A stretch of DNA of 39,276 nucleotides, taken from positions 1 through 39,276 of the forward strand of contig JAQVEQ010000001.1 in assembly GCA_028697875.1 (NCBI GenBank), read 5' to 3'. The notes beneath the pieces are model-generated. The model ran no database searches. It was not told the origin of the DNA and was given only the letters and a program-made list of their open reading frames with translations. Of this stretch, positions 1 through 10,525 are shown piece after piece (positions within the stretch are counted from its first letter, which is position 1; each line of letters starts with the position of its first letter). The DNA comes from Novosphingobium sp. (GTDB lineage Bacteria > Pseudomonadota > Alphaproteobacteria > Sphingomonadales > Sphingomonadaceae). The translations under genes and the position numbers were made by a program.

Positions 1-1
1 C

Positions 2-190
2 GTGTCCTGTAGTACCGATGATCGTCCCGTTGGGATCGAAGTAGAACGACACCCGGACAAGTGGTTCACCCGCAGGTAGGTCTAGAGCAACGTAGGCCGG
101 TACCGTGTCGCTGACCGTGGCCTGCATGCCGAGCGTGCCACTGGCTGGCCACATCTGCGCGTCCGAGGATGTCGTGACGTCGCGATTCAT
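2..190 (-). CDS. Partial open frame running off the left edge (63 codons, ...PAYVALDLPAGEPLVRVSFYFDPNG...), atypical codon usage, function unknown
   Basis: Hand translation of the minus strand from CAT at 188-190 is stop-free to the window edge. It has many A/T-ending codons (CTA, GTA, GTT, CCT, ACT, ACA), unlike neighbouring genes. Confidence 0.35.
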   Translation of the reverse strand, partial: MNRDVTTSSDAQMWPASGTLGMQATVSDTVPAYVALDLPAGEPLVRVSFYFDPNGTIIGTTGH

Positions 191-1571
191 GACCAACACG
201 AAACGCATTTTTTCGCCTGCGCTGGCGCCCGTGGCGCTCGCCGTCTCGCTGGGTTGGGCGATGCCTGCCCGTGCGCAATCGTCCGCAGAGGCCGAGGCGT
301 TGCGTCAGGAAATGGCGCAGATGCGCGCGCAGATGCAGGCGATGGCAGCCAGGATCGATGCGCTTGAAGGCGACCTGGCCAGTGCCAATGCCAAGGCAGA
401 GGCGGCCAAGGTCGCCGCCACGCAGGCGAAGGATGCGTCCAAAGACGCGGTCAAGGTGTCGTGGAAGGGCGCCCCGCAGTTCGAAGGCGATAATGGCTGG
501 AAGTTCAAGGTCCGCGGCCGAGGCCAGTTCGATGCCGGTTCGATCGGCGTACCGGCGGGTACGGGTGTCGATGACGGCTTCGGAGTCGAAGTGCGCCGTG
601 CCCGCCTGGGCGTCGAAGGCGGCATGCCGGGCGGTATCGGCTACAAGTTCGAACTCGATTTCGCCGCCAACGAAGTCGAAATCGCCGACGCGCTGGTCGA
701 TTACAAGGCGGGTGATGTGAAGCTGACCATCGGCCAGCACAACAACTTCCAGTCGCTGGAAGAGCTGACCTCCAGCCGCTTCACCAGCTTCATGGAGCGC
801 GCCGCCTTCACCGATGCCTTCAACTTCGAACGCCGTGTGGGCGTGTCGGCGCAATACCACAAGGGGCCGCTGCTGGTTCAGACCGGCCTGTTCAGCGACA
901 ACCTGGCCGACATCGGCGGCACGTCCAACAACAGCTACGGTGGCGACTTGCGCGTCGTTTTCATGCCGAAGCTGGGCAACGCCCAGCTGCACTTCGGCGG
1001 TTCGGTCCACTATCGCGACTTCAACGATGCGGCTTCCACGGTGCGCTATCGCCAGCGTCCGTTCGTGCACTTTACCGGCACGCGCTTCATCAACACCGGC
1101 AACATCCCGGCCAAGAGCGAAACCAGCTATGGCCTCGAACTGGCCGGAATTTCCGGTCCGTTCCACTTCGCGGGCGAAGCCTATAGGCAAAAGGTGGCGA
1201 GCCCCGGCTTTGCCGACCCGACGTTCTTCGGTGGCTATGCCGAAGTGGGCTACTTCCTGACCAAGGGCGACCATCGCGGTTACAAGAACGGCATTTTCGA
1301 CCGGGTGAAGCCCAGGCGCGGCTTCGACAAGGGCGGTGTTGGCGCGGTGCAGATCAACCTGCGCTACGACTATCTCGACCTGAACGATGCCGGCATCGCC
1401 GGCGGCAAGCAGGAAGGCTATGCGGTGTCGGTGATCTGGACCCCGACCGACTATACCCGCCTGATGGCCAACTACGGCCGGATGGAATACACCGACGCAT
1501 ATTATTTCGACGGTGCCGACTACGACTACGGCGTCGACGCGTTCGGCGTCCGGGCGCAGTTCGACTTCTGA
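189..1571 (+). CDS. Phosphate-selective porin, OprO/OprP family
   Basis: Signal peptide (…AMPARA/Q), coiled-coil N-terminus, RRARLGVEG, SLEELTSSRFTSFMER and RYRQRP motifs, C-terminal Phe (QFDF). ATG 189 chosen over the ORF-track GTG 105. Confidence 0.85.
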   Translation: MTNTKRIFSPALAPVALAVSLGWAMPARAQSSAEAEALRQEMAQMRAQMQAMAARIDALEGDLASANAKAEAAKVAATQAKDASKDAVKVSWKGAPQFEGDNGWKFKVRGRGQFDAGSIGVPAGTGVDDGFGVEVRRARLGVEGGMPGGIGYKFELDFAANEVEIADALVDYKAGDVKLTIGQHNNFQSLEELTSSRFTSFMERAAFTDAFNFERRVGVSAQYHKGPLLVQTGLFSDNLADIGGTSNNSYGGDLRVVFMPKLGNAQLHFGGSVHYRDFNDAASTVRYRQRPFVHFTGTRFINTGNIPAKSETSYGLELAGISGPFHFAGEAYRQKVASPGFADPTFFGGYAEVGYFLTKGDHRGYKNGIFDRVKPRRGFDKGGVGAVQINLRYDYLDLNDAGIAGGKQEGYAVSVIWTPTDYTRLMANYGRMEYTDAYYFDGADYDYGVDAFGVRAQFDF

Positions 1572-1662
1572 TATTTCCCTTCGAATCCGGACTGGGCATG
1601 ATTTGCGGACCGGCCGGTCGAGGTTACTCTCCGCTGCGCAGAAATGGCAGGAGAGGCGCCAG

Positions 1663-2031
1663 ATGGAACAACTGATCAGGTCGTATTACGCAGCCTACAA
1701 CGGGCTCGACGGCGATGGGCTTGCAGCCATTCTGCATCCGCAAGTCGAACTGGTGTCAGCCATGGGCACGCAGTCGGGCCGCGATGCCTACCTTGCGACT
1801 TACCGGTTCATGACCGGTCAGTTCGTCGACATCATGGAGCCGGAAACAATCGCCGTGGAGGGCAACTGCGCTACGGTGACGATCCGCGACAGTCTGACGG
1901 CCAAGGCCGACGTCGACGATTTCATGGGGCAGTCCCTCGCCAAAGGGCAGGAGATCGTGCTGAACCTGACCGGCCGCTATACGGTCGAAGACGGCAGGAT
2001 CGTGCGGATCGAGGTCGCACCGAGGGAGTAG
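1663..2031 (+). CDS. SnoaL-like / NTF2-fold small protein
   Basis: RBS GGAGAGG before ATG 1663. LIRSYYAAYN..D...LHPQV start and YTVEDGRIVRI end are typical of SnoaL-like domains. Confidence 0.75.
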   Translation: MEQLIRSYYAAYNGLDGDGLAAILHPQVELVSAMGTQSGRDAYLATYRFMTGQFVDIMEPETIAVEGNCATVTIRDSLTAKADVDDFMGQSLAKGQEIVLNLTGRYTVEDGRIVRIEVAPRE

Positions 2032-2055
2032 CCGATCCCCCCATCTGCCGATGCG

Positions 2056-2751
2056 TCACAGCGTGTGGAGTACGGGAACCAGTTCGTCGAAATGGTCGAT
2101 CACCCGGTCGGCGCCGAACGTGTCGACCGGGCCATCGTTCATGCCGAAGCGCACGGCGATGCACGGGACCTGCGCGGCGCGGGCGGCCCTCACGTCGACT
2201 GTCGTATCGCCGACGAACGCCGTCCGTCCCCCGCCGCAACGGGCGATCATTTCCACGATCGGGTCGGCCGACGGCTTGCTGCGCCCCGGCCCCATGGTGT
2301 CGCCGCCAATCACGGTGGCGAAGCGGCCGAGCAGCCCGATCTGGTCGAGCAGCGAGCGGGCGAACTTTTCGAACTTGTTGGTCACCACCGCGACCTTGCA
2401 GCCCAGGGCGTCCAGCTCGTCCAGCATGGCCAGGCATCCCGGGAAGGGGCGCGTGTGAACGGCGAGGTTCGCCTCGTAGAAGGTCAGCAGTTCCTTGTAG
2501 ATCGCCTTGAACTTTTCCTCGTCCATGCCGGCATCGTGGATCAGCGCCCGTTCCAGCATGCGCCGCGCCCCGCCGCCGATCAGCGGCCTGACGTCTTCCA
2601 GCGCCATCGGATCGCGCCCCGCCAGGGCAAGCGCATGGTTGAGCGCATGCCCGAGATCCTTGTAGGAATCGACCAGCGTGCCGTCGAGATCGAAGCCGAC
2701 GATGGCAAACGGGAAATCGGAGGCGGACGGAACAGCGGGGTCGGGACTCAT
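2056..2751 (-). CDS. gph: HAD-family hydrolase, phosphoglycolate phosphatase-like
   Basis: FDLDGTLVDS motif I, VTNK motif II, KPSADP, FVGDTTVD motif IV. Divergent from glmU. Confidence 0.8.
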   Translation of the reverse strand: MSPDPAVPSASDFPFAIVGFDLDGTLVDSYKDLGHALNHALALAGRDPMALEDVRPLIGGGARRMLERALIHDAGMDEEKFKAIYKELLTFYEANLAVHTRPFPGCLAMLDELDALGCKVAVVTNKFEKFARSLLDQIGLLGRFATVIGGDTMGPGRSKPSADPIVEMIARCGGGRTAFVGDTTVDVRAARAAQVPCIAVRFGMNDGPVDTFGADRVIDHFDELVPVLHTL

Positions 2752-2830
2752 GGCGTGGGCAAGTGCCTGCCCGGTGTGGAAACTGCAAGCGTTTGATGGC
2801 ATGGCGCGCACCACAGGATAGGAACCAGCC

Positions 2831-4195
2831 ATGAGTGACATTGCCGCAATCGTTCTTGCCGCCGGCAAGGGCACCCGCATGAAGAGCGACACGCACAAGG
2901 TGCTCCACCCGATCGCGGGGCGGCCGATGCTGCTGCACCTGATGGATGCGGTCGATGCGCTGGAACCGGCGGCCAAGGTCGTGGTGGTCGGCGACAAGGC
3001 GGAACAGCTCGAAGCCGCGCTGGGCGGCAGCGCCAGGCTGGTCCGGCAGGAACCGCAGCTCGGCACCGGCCATGCGGTGCAGCAGGCGGAAGGCGCGCTG
3101 GCGGGTTTTTCGGGCGATGTGCTGATTCTCTATGGCGACGTGCCGTTCGTTCCCGCCGAGACTATGCGGGCGATGGTGGAGCGGTTGAACGCTCCCGATG
3201 CTCCGGCGGTCGTCGTGCTGACGTTCGAGCCGGAAGATACCCAGGCTTACGGGCGGGTGATCTGCGACCCGGAAGGCGCGGGCGACCGGATCGAGAAAAT
3301 GGTCGAGCACAAGGACGCCAACGAGGCTGAACGGGCCTGCCGCCGCTGCAATTCCGGGCTGATGGCAGTGAAGGCGCGGGACCTCTTCGCGCTGCTGGCG
3401 CGGGTGACCAACGACAATGCCGCCGGCGAATACTACCTGCCCGACATCGTCAATCTCGCCAATGCAGACGGGCGCCATTCGGCAGTGGTCGATACCGATC
3501 CCTTTTTCGTGGCCGGAATCAACAGCCGTGGCGAGCTGGCCGCGCTGGAGCGCCAATGGCAAGACCGCCGCCGGGCGCAGGTCATGGCCGACGGGGTCAG
3601 CCTCGCCGCGCCGGAAACCGTGTGGTTCAGCTGGGACACCCAGTTCGGCCGCGATGTAACGGTGGAACCCAACGTGGTGTTCGGCCCCGGCGTGAAAGTG
3701 GCGGACAAGGTGCGGATTCGCGCCTTCTGCCATCTCGAGGGTGCAACGCTCGCCAGCGGTACGGAAATCGGCCCCTATGCCCGCCTGCGCCCCGGCGCGG
3801 TGCTGGAAGAAGGGGCCAAGGCCGGCAATTTCGTCGAAATGAAGAAGGCCACGCTGGGCAAGGGGGCGAAAGCGAACCACCTGACCTATCTCGGCGATGC
3901 CGAAGTGGGGGCGGGCGCCAATATCGGCGCGGGCACGATCACCTGCAATTACGACGGCTATTTCAAGTACAAGACCGTGATCGGCGAGCGCGCTTTCATC
4001 GGTTCGAACAGCTCTCTGATCGCGCCGGTCAGGATCGGTGCCGACGCCATTGTCGCGGCGGGCAGCGCAGTGACGCGCGACGTGGCCGATGGCGAACTGC
4101 GCATGGTCCGCGCCGAACAGCTGGTGAAACCGGGCTGGGCCGACCGTTTCCACGATGCGATGCGCAAGAAGAAGGCGGCGGAGAAGAAGCGCTGA
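2831..4195 (+). CDS. glmU: Bifunctional UDP-N-acetylglucosamine pyrophosphorylase / glucosamine-1-phosphate N-acetyltransferase
   Basis: LAAGKGTRMKS, QLGTGHAV, GEYYLPD, hexapeptide repeats, HLTYLGDA, TCNYDG. Confidence 0.97.
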   Translation: MSDIAAIVLAAGKGTRMKSDTHKVLHPIAGRPMLLHLMDAVDALEPAAKVVVVGDKAEQLEAALGGSARLVRQEPQLGTGHAVQQAEGALAGFSGDVLILYGDVPFVPAETMRAMVERLNAPDAPAVVVLTFEPEDTQAYGRVICDPEGAGDRIEKMVEHKDANEAERACRRCNSGLMAVKARDLFALLARVTNDNAAGEYYLPDIVNLANADGRHSAVVDTDPFFVAGINSRGELAALERQWQDRRRAQVMADGVSLAAPETVWFSWDTQFGRDVTVEPNVVFGPGVKVADKVRIRAFCHLEGATLASGTEIGPYARLRPGAVLEEGAKAGNFVEMKKATLGKGAKANHLTYLGDAEVGAGANIGAGTITCNYDGYFKYKTVIGERAFIGSNSSLIAPVRIGADAIVAAGSAVTRDVADGELRMVRAEQLVKPGWADRFHDAMRKKKAAEKKR

Positions 4196-4294
4196 TCGCT
4201 CCGCGCTTGCCGCGCCGTTTCCCGCCCTTATATCCAATCCAAACGATTTCGGGCCATGCCGTCATCCAACGGCCATTAAGGATATCGCCAATCC

Positions 4295-6118
4295 ATGTGC
4301 GGAATTATCGGCATTGTCGGCAAGGAACAAGTCGCGGACCGGCTGGTCGATGGCCTGCGCAGGATGGAATACCGCGGGTACGATTCCGCCGGGGTCTGCA
4401 CGCTCGATAACGGGCACCTCGTCCGCCGCCGGGCGGAAGGCAAGCTCGCCAACCTGGTGAAGGAACTGGCCGTCAATCCCGCGCCGGGCCTGGTCGGCAT
4501 TGCCCATACGCGCTGGGCAACTCATGGCGCGCCGACGACCAACAACGCCCATCCCCATGCCACCGAGGAAGTGGCGCTGGTCCACAACGGCATCATCGAG
4601 AATTTCCGCCCCCTGCGCGAGGAACTGGTCGCCCGCGGCCGCAAGTTCGAGAGCGAGACCGACACCGAAGTGGTCGCCCACCTCGTGTCGGAGCAGGTCG
4701 AGGCCGGCAAGAGCCCGCAGGAGGCGGTGCAGGCCGTGCTGCCCCGCCTGCGCGGGGCCTTCGCGCTGGCGATCGCCTTTCGCCGTTATCCCGGCCTGCT
4801 GATCGGCGCGCGGCTCGGCTCGCCGCTGGTCGTGGGCTATGGCGACGGGGAGACTTATCTCGGGTCCGACGCGCTTGCGCTCGCCCCGCTGACGCAGCGG
4901 ATTTCCTATCTCGAGGAGGGCGACTGGGTCGTGCTGACCCGCGATGGGGCGCAGGTCTACGACGTGGACAACCACCCGGTCGAGCGGGCGGTGACGACCT
5001 CGGGCGCGTCGGCGGCGGCGATCGAGAAGGGCAATTACCGCCACTTCATGCAGAAGGAGATCTTCGAGCAGCCGGTGGTCGTGGCGCAGACGCTGCGCTC
5101 CTATATCCGGCAGCTCGAACGGCAGGTGACACTGCCGCAGATCGATTTCGACCTGTCCCGGATCAACCGCGTCACTATCGTCGCCTGCGGCACCTCCTAT
5201 TATGCCGGGATGGTCGCCAAGTACTGGTTCGAACAGTTCGCCCGCGTGCCGGTGGACATCGATGTGGCGAGCGAGTTCCGCTATCGCGAACCGGTGCTGG
5301 AAAAGGGCGGGCTGGCCCTGTTCATCTCGCAATCGGGCGAAACCGCCGATACGCTGGCCGCGCTGCGCCATTGCAAGGCGGAAGGGCAGACCATCGCCGT
5401 GGTCGTCAACGTGCCGACCAGTTCGATGGCGCGCGAAGCGGACTTGCTGCTGCCGACTCACGCCGGCCCGGAAATCGGCGTTGCCTCGACCAAGGCCTTC
5501 ACCTGCCAGCTGGCCGTGCTGGCGGCGCTGGCCGCGCATCTTGCCGTCCGGCGCGGGCGGATGGACCGGGACGAGGAAAAGCGCGTCGTCGACCACTTGC
5601 TGGAAGCGCCCGCCGCGCTCAACTCCGCGCTGGCCCACGACGAGGAAATCGCCGCCATGGCGCACCTGATCGCCCCGGCGCGCGACGTACTCTACCTCGG
5701 GCGCGGGCCGGATTATCCGCTGGCGCTGGAAGGCGCGTTAAAGCTTAAGGAAATCAGCTACATCCATGCCGAAGGCTATGCCTCGGGCGAAATGAAGCAC
5801 GGCCCCATCGCCCTGATCGACGAAGCCGTGCCGGTGATCGTCCTCGCCCCGTCCGGCCCGCTGTTCGAGAAGACCGTCAGCAACATGCAGGAAGTGCGCG
5901 CGCGCGGCGGCAAGATCGTGTTGATTTCCGATGCGGAGGGGATTGCCGAGGCGGGCGAAGGCTGCATGGCGGCAATTGAAATGCCCAAGGTGCACCCGCT
6001 GATCGCCCCTCTGGTCTACGCCGTGCCGGTGCAGTTGCTGGCCTATCACACGGCTTGCGCCAAGGGGACGGACGTCGACCAGCCGCGTAATCTTGCCAAG
6101 TCGGTAACCGTTGAATAG
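4295..6118 (+). CDS. glmS: Glutamine--fructose-6-phosphate aminotransferase (isomerizing)
   Basis: MCGIIG N-terminal nucleophile, EYRGYDSAG, HTRWATHG, SQSGETADT, C-terminal PRNLAKSVTVE. Confidence 0.98.
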   Translation: MCGIIGIVGKEQVADRLVDGLRRMEYRGYDSAGVCTLDNGHLVRRRAEGKLANLVKELAVNPAPGLVGIAHTRWATHGAPTTNNAHPHATEEVALVHNGIIENFRPLREELVARGRKFESETDTEVVAHLVSEQVEAGKSPQEAVQAVLPRLRGAFALAIAFRRYPGLLIGARLGSPLVVGYGDGETYLGSDALALAPLTQRISYLEEGDWVVLTRDGAQVYDVDNHPVERAVTTSGASAAAIEKGNYRHFMQKEIFEQPVVVAQTLRSYIRQLERQVTLPQIDFDLSRINRVTIVACGTSYYAGMVAKYWFEQFARVPVDIDVASEFRYREPVLEKGGLALFISQSGETADTLAALRHCKAEGQTIAVVVNVPTSSMAREADLLLPTHAGPEIGVASTKAFTCQLAVLAALAAHLAVRRGRMDRDEEKRVVDHLLEAPAALNSALAHDEEIAAMAHLIAPARDVLYLGRGPDYPLALEGALKLKEISYIHAEGYASGEMKHGPIALIDEAVPVIVLAPSGPLFEKTVSNMQEVRARGGKIVLISDAEGIAEAGEGCMAAIEMPKVHPLIAPLVYAVPVQLLAYHTACAKGTDVDQPRNLAKSVTVE

Positions 6119-6155
6119 CCGGTAATCGCCACGCATTTTTACGCCATGGAAACCA

Positions 6156-8534
6156 TTGAGCCCTATTTGCGGGCATGTGGTAGACAACCGATCCGAACTG
6201 CAGATTCTGCCGGCCGACTTGCCGCTCGGTGCCCTGCTGGGCTTGAGCGATCCGCCATTGGGCAGCTGGGCGCGCCTGCGCAGCCTGCAATATGCCAACT
6301 TCGCCAAGGTCACGCTCGGCCGTTTGCTGTCGCACGGAATCGCGGGATTGGTCGTGCTGATCCTCTTTTTCGGCAAGGCGCCGGTCTGGCTCCTGCTGGG
6401 CTGGGCCGTGATTCTCGGCGTTGCGCTCTATTACAGCTACCGGATGGACCATCAGCTGGCCGACTCCAGCCTCGGCACCATCGGCAAGTCCCAATTCCGC
6501 CGTCATATGGCGCTTTCCGCGCTTCTGGCGGTTGTCTGGGGCGTCCCGGTCCTGGTCTTCACCCGTTTCGGCGTACCAGCGGACGAATTGGCCGTGTGGG
6601 GCGTGCAGGCGATGCTGATTGCCGGGGCTGCCCTGTGGCTGTCGTCGGTGCCGCTCGGGGCGATCCTGTTTACCGTCATTACCGGGGCTTGTGCGATACT
6701 GGCCCTGACGCTGGACGGGCATATCGCGATGGTCGCGGTCATTGCCGCCTTCATCGCGGTGGCCGTCGCCGGGACGATCCAGGGCGCGCGGACCCACCTG
6801 ACCGCCCGCATTGCCGAGGCCGGCGTTGCCGAAAAGAACGAGGTCGTGTCGCTCCTGTTGCGCGAATTCGAGGAAAGCGAGGCCGACTGGCTGTGGCAGG
6901 TCGACACGGCCCGCCGGATCCGTTCGGTCAGCCCGCGCTTCGCCTATGCACTGGGGCAGGAACCGGAAAAGGTGGAAGGCATGCCCTTCCTCCAGCTGAT
7001 CTCGGGCGAGGGATGGGACACGGGCCAGTTCCCGCCCAGCCTGCACGATCTTGCCGAACGGCTGAAACGGCGGGAAAGCTTTTCCAACCTCATTGTCAGG
7101 GTCACGCTTGGCAAGCAGCAGAAATGGTGGGAGCTTTCGGGTACGCCCAAGCTCGACGACGAAGGTAAGTTCGTCGGTTTCCGGGGTGTCGGCTCCGATG
7201 TGACCGAACAGCGCGAATCGTCGGACAAGATCGCCTATCTCGCCCGGTACGACACGCTTACCGGCCTGCCGAACCGCATGATGCTGATGGAAGCGCTGGG
7301 CGATGCGATGAAATACGCCGACCAGTGGCGGAGCCGTTGCGCCTTCCTGATGATCGACCTCGACCGGTTCAAGCAGATCAACGATTCGCTGGGGCACCAG
7401 ATCGGCGACAGGCTGCTGGCGCAAGTCGCGGAACGCCTCAAGAGCCTGGTCAGCCCCAACGAGCTGTGCGGCCGCCTGGGCGGTGACGAGTTCGCCATCG
7501 TGGTGCGCGACGCGTCGGACATGCAGCGGGTGAACGGTGTGGCCCAGTCGGTCATCAACCTGCTGTCGCAGCCTTACGATGTCGACAACCACACGCTCTA
7601 TGTCGGCTCCAGCGTGGGCTCGGCGGTCGGCCCGCGCGACGGGGCCACGGTCGAGACGCTGATGCGCAATGCGGACCTTGCGCTCTATCGCGCCAAGGAC
7701 AGCGGGCGCGGCGTCCACGTCCATTTCGAACCGGCGCTCCACCACGACGCGGAAGAACGGCGCAAGCTCGAACTCTCGTTGCGCCACGCGCTCGAACGCG
7801 GGGAATTCGCGCTTAATTTCCAGCCGGTGGTCGACGCGCGGAGCGAAGCGGTCGTCAGTTTCGAGGCCTTGCTACGCTGGAACAGTCGCGAGCACGGTTC
7901 GGTCAGCCCGGTCAAGTTCATTCCCCTGGCCGAGGATACCCGCCTGATCGTGCCGATCGGCGAATGGGTCCTGCGCGAGGCCTGCCGCGAGGCGATGCAT
8001 TGGCCGGGGCACATCAAGGTCGCCGTCAATGTCTCGGGCGAACAGCTGCTGGCGCCGGATTTCGCCTCCACCGTGGTCAACGCCCTGTCGGCCACCGGGC
8101 TCGATCCGTGGCGGCTCGAAATCGAAGTGACCGAAAGCATCTTCGTGCGCGACGACGTGACCGCGCGCAATACGCTGGAAGAGATCATTGCGCTGGGCTG
8201 CAGCGTGGCGCTGGACGATTTCGGCACCGGCTATTCGTCGCTCGGCTACCTGCGGAAACTGCGCTTTTCGACGATCAAGGTCGACCGCAGCTTCGTGCAG
8301 GGCGCGGCCAAGGGCAATGCCGAAAGCCTGGCGATCATTCGCGCGGTTGTCGCCATGGCCGACAGCCTCGACATGACGACCACGGCCGAAGGCGTCGAGA
8401 ACGCGACGGAAGCGCGCCTGATCCGCGATCTCGGTTGCAAGAAGATCCAAGGCTACCATTTCGGCCGGCCGATGAGCGCCGCCGACGTCCAGCGCATTTT
8501 CCGCCAGCGCGACAGCGACCGCCAGACCGCCTGA
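6156..8534 (+). CDS. Membrane-anchored PAS-GGDEF-EAL diguanylate cyclase/phosphodiesterase
   Basis: Several N-terminal hydrophobic helices, PAS-like DWLWQVD, DTLTGLPNR, RLGGDEF, FEALLRW, DDFGTGYSS, QGYHFGRP. Start uncertain (TTG 6156 or GTG 6177). Confidence 0.92.
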   Translation: MSPICGHVVDNRSELQILPADLPLGALLGLSDPPLGSWARLRSLQYANFAKVTLGRLLSHGIAGLVVLILFFGKAPVWLLLGWAVILGVALYYSYRMDHQLADSSLGTIGKSQFRRHMALSALLAVVWGVPVLVFTRFGVPADELAVWGVQAMLIAGAALWLSSVPLGAILFTVITGACAILALTLDGHIAMVAVIAAFIAVAVAGTIQGARTHLTARIAEAGVAEKNEVVSLLLREFEESEADWLWQVDTARRIRSVSPRFAYALGQEPEKVEGMPFLQLISGEGWDTGQFPPSLHDLAERLKRRESFSNLIVRVTLGKQQKWWELSGTPKLDDEGKFVGFRGVGSDVTEQRESSDKIAYLARYDTLTGLPNRMMLMEALGDAMKYADQWRSRCAFLMIDLDRFKQINDSLGHQIGDRLLAQVAERLKSLVSPNELCGRLGGDEFAIVVRDASDMQRVNGVAQSVINLLSQPYDVDNHTLYVGSSVGSAVGPRDGATVETLMRNADLALYRAKDSGRGVHVHFEPALHHDAEERRKLELSLRHALERGEFALNFQPVVDARSEAVVSFEALLRWNSREHGSVSPVKFIPLAEDTRLIVPIGEWVLREACREAMHWPGHIKVAVNVSGEQLLAPDFASTVVNALSATGLDPWRLEIEVTESIFVRDDVTARNTLEEIIALGCSVALDDFGTGYSSLGYLRKLRFSTIKVDRSFVQGAAKGNAESLAIIRAVVAMADSLDMTTTAEGVENATEARLIRDLGCKKIQGYHFGRPMSAADVQRIFRQRDSDRQTA

Positions 8535-8563
8535 AGCCGGGCTGCCCCGTTACCGGCGAGAGG

Positions 8564-9241
8564 TCAGGCTTCGACGAGGCCCTTGACCGCGCTTTCGAAC
8601 AATGCGCGCCCGTCCGTCCCGCCGTGGGCCGGGTCGATCGCCCGTTCGGGGTGCGGCATCATGCCCAGCACGTTGCCCGCTTCGTTCAGCACGCCGGCAA
8701 TGTCCCGGATCGAACCGTTGACCTGTTCGGCATAGCGGAAGGCCACGCGGCCTTCACCTTCCAGCCGGTCGAGCGTCGCTTCGTCGGCGAAGTAGTTGCC
8801 GTCGTGATGGGCGACCGGGATATGGACGATCTGCCCGGCTTCGTAGCCGGCAGTGAACAGCGACTGGCTGTTTTCAACTTTCAGCGGCACGGTGCGGCAG
8901 ATGAAGTTCTGGCTGGCATTGCGCATCAGCGCGCCCGGCAGCAGGCCCGCTTCGGTCAGGACCTGGAAGCCGTTGCACACGCCCAGCACCGGCACGCCGC
9001 GCCCGGCGGCCTCGATCACGGCCTGCATGATCGGGCTGCGCGCGGCCATCGCGCCGGAACGCAGGTAGTCGCCGTAGGAGAAGCCGCCCGGCAGGGCGAT
9101 GAAGTCGAGCCGGTCGGGCAGGCTGGCATCGCCGTGCCACACGCGGATCGCCGGCGTGCCGGACACTTGTTCCAGCGCGACCGCCATGTCCCGGTCGCAG
9201 TTGTAGCCGGGGAAGGTGATGACGGCGGAACGGAATGCCAT
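8564..9241 (-). CDS. purQ: Phosphoribosylformylglycinamidine synthase subunit PurQ (glutaminase)
   Basis: [33 protein letters not shown] overlaps the purS stop (TAATG). Confidence 0.96.
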   Translation of the reverse strand: MAFRSAVITFPGYNCDRDMAVALEQVSGTPAIRVWHGDASLPDRLDFIALPGGFSYGDYLRSGAMAARSPIMQAVIEAAGRGVPVLGVCNGFQVLTEAGLLPGALMRNASQNFICRTVPLKVENSQSLFTAGYEAGQIVHIPVAHHDGNYFADEATLDRLEGEGRVAFRYAEQVNGSIRDIAGVLNEAGNVLGMMPHPERAIDPAHGGTDGRALFESAVKGLVEA

Positions 9242-9477
9242 TACGCGGCCACCTTCTCGATCCGGTAGTTTTCGATCACCATGTTGGCGAGCAGCTTGCG
9301 GCACATTTCGTCCAGCGCCTCGTCGGTGACGCTGTCGTCCACGTCGAGTTCGATCAGGCGCCCGGCGCGCACGTCGTTGACGCCGGAAAAGCCCAGACCT
9401 TCCAGCGCATGATGGATCGCACGGCCCTGGGGGTCGAGCACGCCGTTCTTCAGGCTGACATGGACGCGGACTTTCAT
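9241..9477 (-). CDS. purS: Phosphoribosylformylglycinamidine synthase subunit PurS
   Basis: [18 protein letters not shown]…[10 protein letters not shown], located between purC and purQ. Confidence 0.95.
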   Translation of the reverse strand: MKVRVHVSLKNGVLDPQGRAIHHALEGLGFSGVNDVRAGRLIELDVDDSVTDEALDEMCRKLLANMVIENYRIEKVAA

Positions 9478-9664
9478 GGGCAGGATGCTCTCAATCACGG
9501 GTATGGGATTCGCAGCGAGCCTATGCCCCTAGCCGCGCCGCAGGGCAAGGGCGGGCGCATAGTGCCTCCACCGTATTCGTCATTGCACGTGCTCACGGGG
9601 GCGCGGCAATCCCGGGCATCGCACGGAGGCCCCGGATTGCATCGCCGCTCCGTCCTGCGCAGCC

Positions 9665-10447
9665 TTACTTCTTGCTGCGCAGCTTGCGGTGGACGTTGAG
9701 GTCGAACACTTCGCTCGGCCCGTCGCTTTCCAGCAGGCCGAGACGGCGGGCGACTTCCTGGTAGGCTTCTTCCTCGCCGCCGAGGTCGCGGCGGAAGCGG
9801 TCCTTGTCCAGCTTTTCGCCGGTCGCCATGTCCCACAGGCGGCAGCCGTCGGGGCTGATTTCGTCGGCCAGGATCACGCGCGAATAGTCGCCGTCCCAGA
9901 TGCGGCCGAATTCCAGCTTGAAGTCCACCAGGCGGATATTGATCGCCGCGAACATGCCGCAAAGGAAATCGTTGATGCGGATCGCCATCGCGGAGATGTC
10001 CTGCATCTCCTCGTTGTTGGCATAGCCGAAGCAGGCGATATGCTCTTCCGCGATCATCGGGTCGCCCAGCGCATCGTCCTTGTAATAGTATTCGAGCAGG
10101 GTGTGGGGCAGCGGTTCGCCCTCTTCCAGGCCCAGCCGCGTGCAGATCGAACCGGCGGCCACGTTGCGCACGACGACTTCGATCGGAATGATTTCGACTT
10201 GGCGCACCAGCTGTTCGCGCATGTTGAGTCGGCGGATGAAGTGCGTCGGGATGCCGATGTGCGACAGGCGGGTGAACACATACTCGCTGATGCGGTTGTT
10301 GATCACGCCCTTGCCGTTGATCGTGCCCTTTTTCTGGGCGTTGAACGCGGTCGCATCGTCCTTGAAATACTGGATGATCGTGCCCGGTTCGGGGCCTTCG
10401 TACAGGATCTTTGCCTTGCCTTCGTAGATCTGGCGGCGACGCGACAT
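9665..10447 (-). CDS. purC: SAICAR synthase
   Basis: [57 protein letters not shown]. Confidence 0.97.
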   Translation of the reverse strand: MSRRRQIYEGKAKILYEGPEPGTIIQYFKDDATAFNAQKKGTINGKGVINNRISEYVFTRLSHIGIPTHFIRRLNMREQLVRQVEIIPIEVVVRNVAAGSICTRLGLEEGEPLPHTLLEYYYKDDALGDPMIAEEHIACFGYANNEEMQDISAMAIRINDFLCGMFAAINIRLVDFKLEFGRIWDGDYSRVILADEISPDGCRLWDMATGEKLDKDRFRRDLGGEEEAYQEVARRLGLLESDGPSEVFDLNVHRKLRSKK

Positions 10448-10476
10448 GGGCCTTGCCCTTTCAAGTGAAAAAACAG

Positions 10477-10525
10477 AGCGCCCCGGCTGACGAAGCAGAG
10501 TGGCTTCGTGCGGGGCCGGGGCGCT
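10477..10525 (-). promoter_or_regulatory. Long GC-rich hairpin followed by a U-tract in the purC 5' leader (attenuator/terminator-like or 5' stabiliser)
   Basis: AGCGCCCCGGC (10477-87) pairs with GCCGGGGCGCT (10515-25), with an inner ACGAAGC/GCTTCGT stem. On the minus strand it is followed by CTGTTTTTT. Confidence 0.5.

Noticed and set aside
4196-4294. glmS ribozyme upstream of glmS
   Set aside because: The spacer is only 99 bp, I see no matching core, and the ribozyme is mainly a Firmicutes feature.
8564-10447. Absence of purL next to purS-purQ
   Set aside because: Split pur clusters are common in alphaproteobacteria; not informative from one window.
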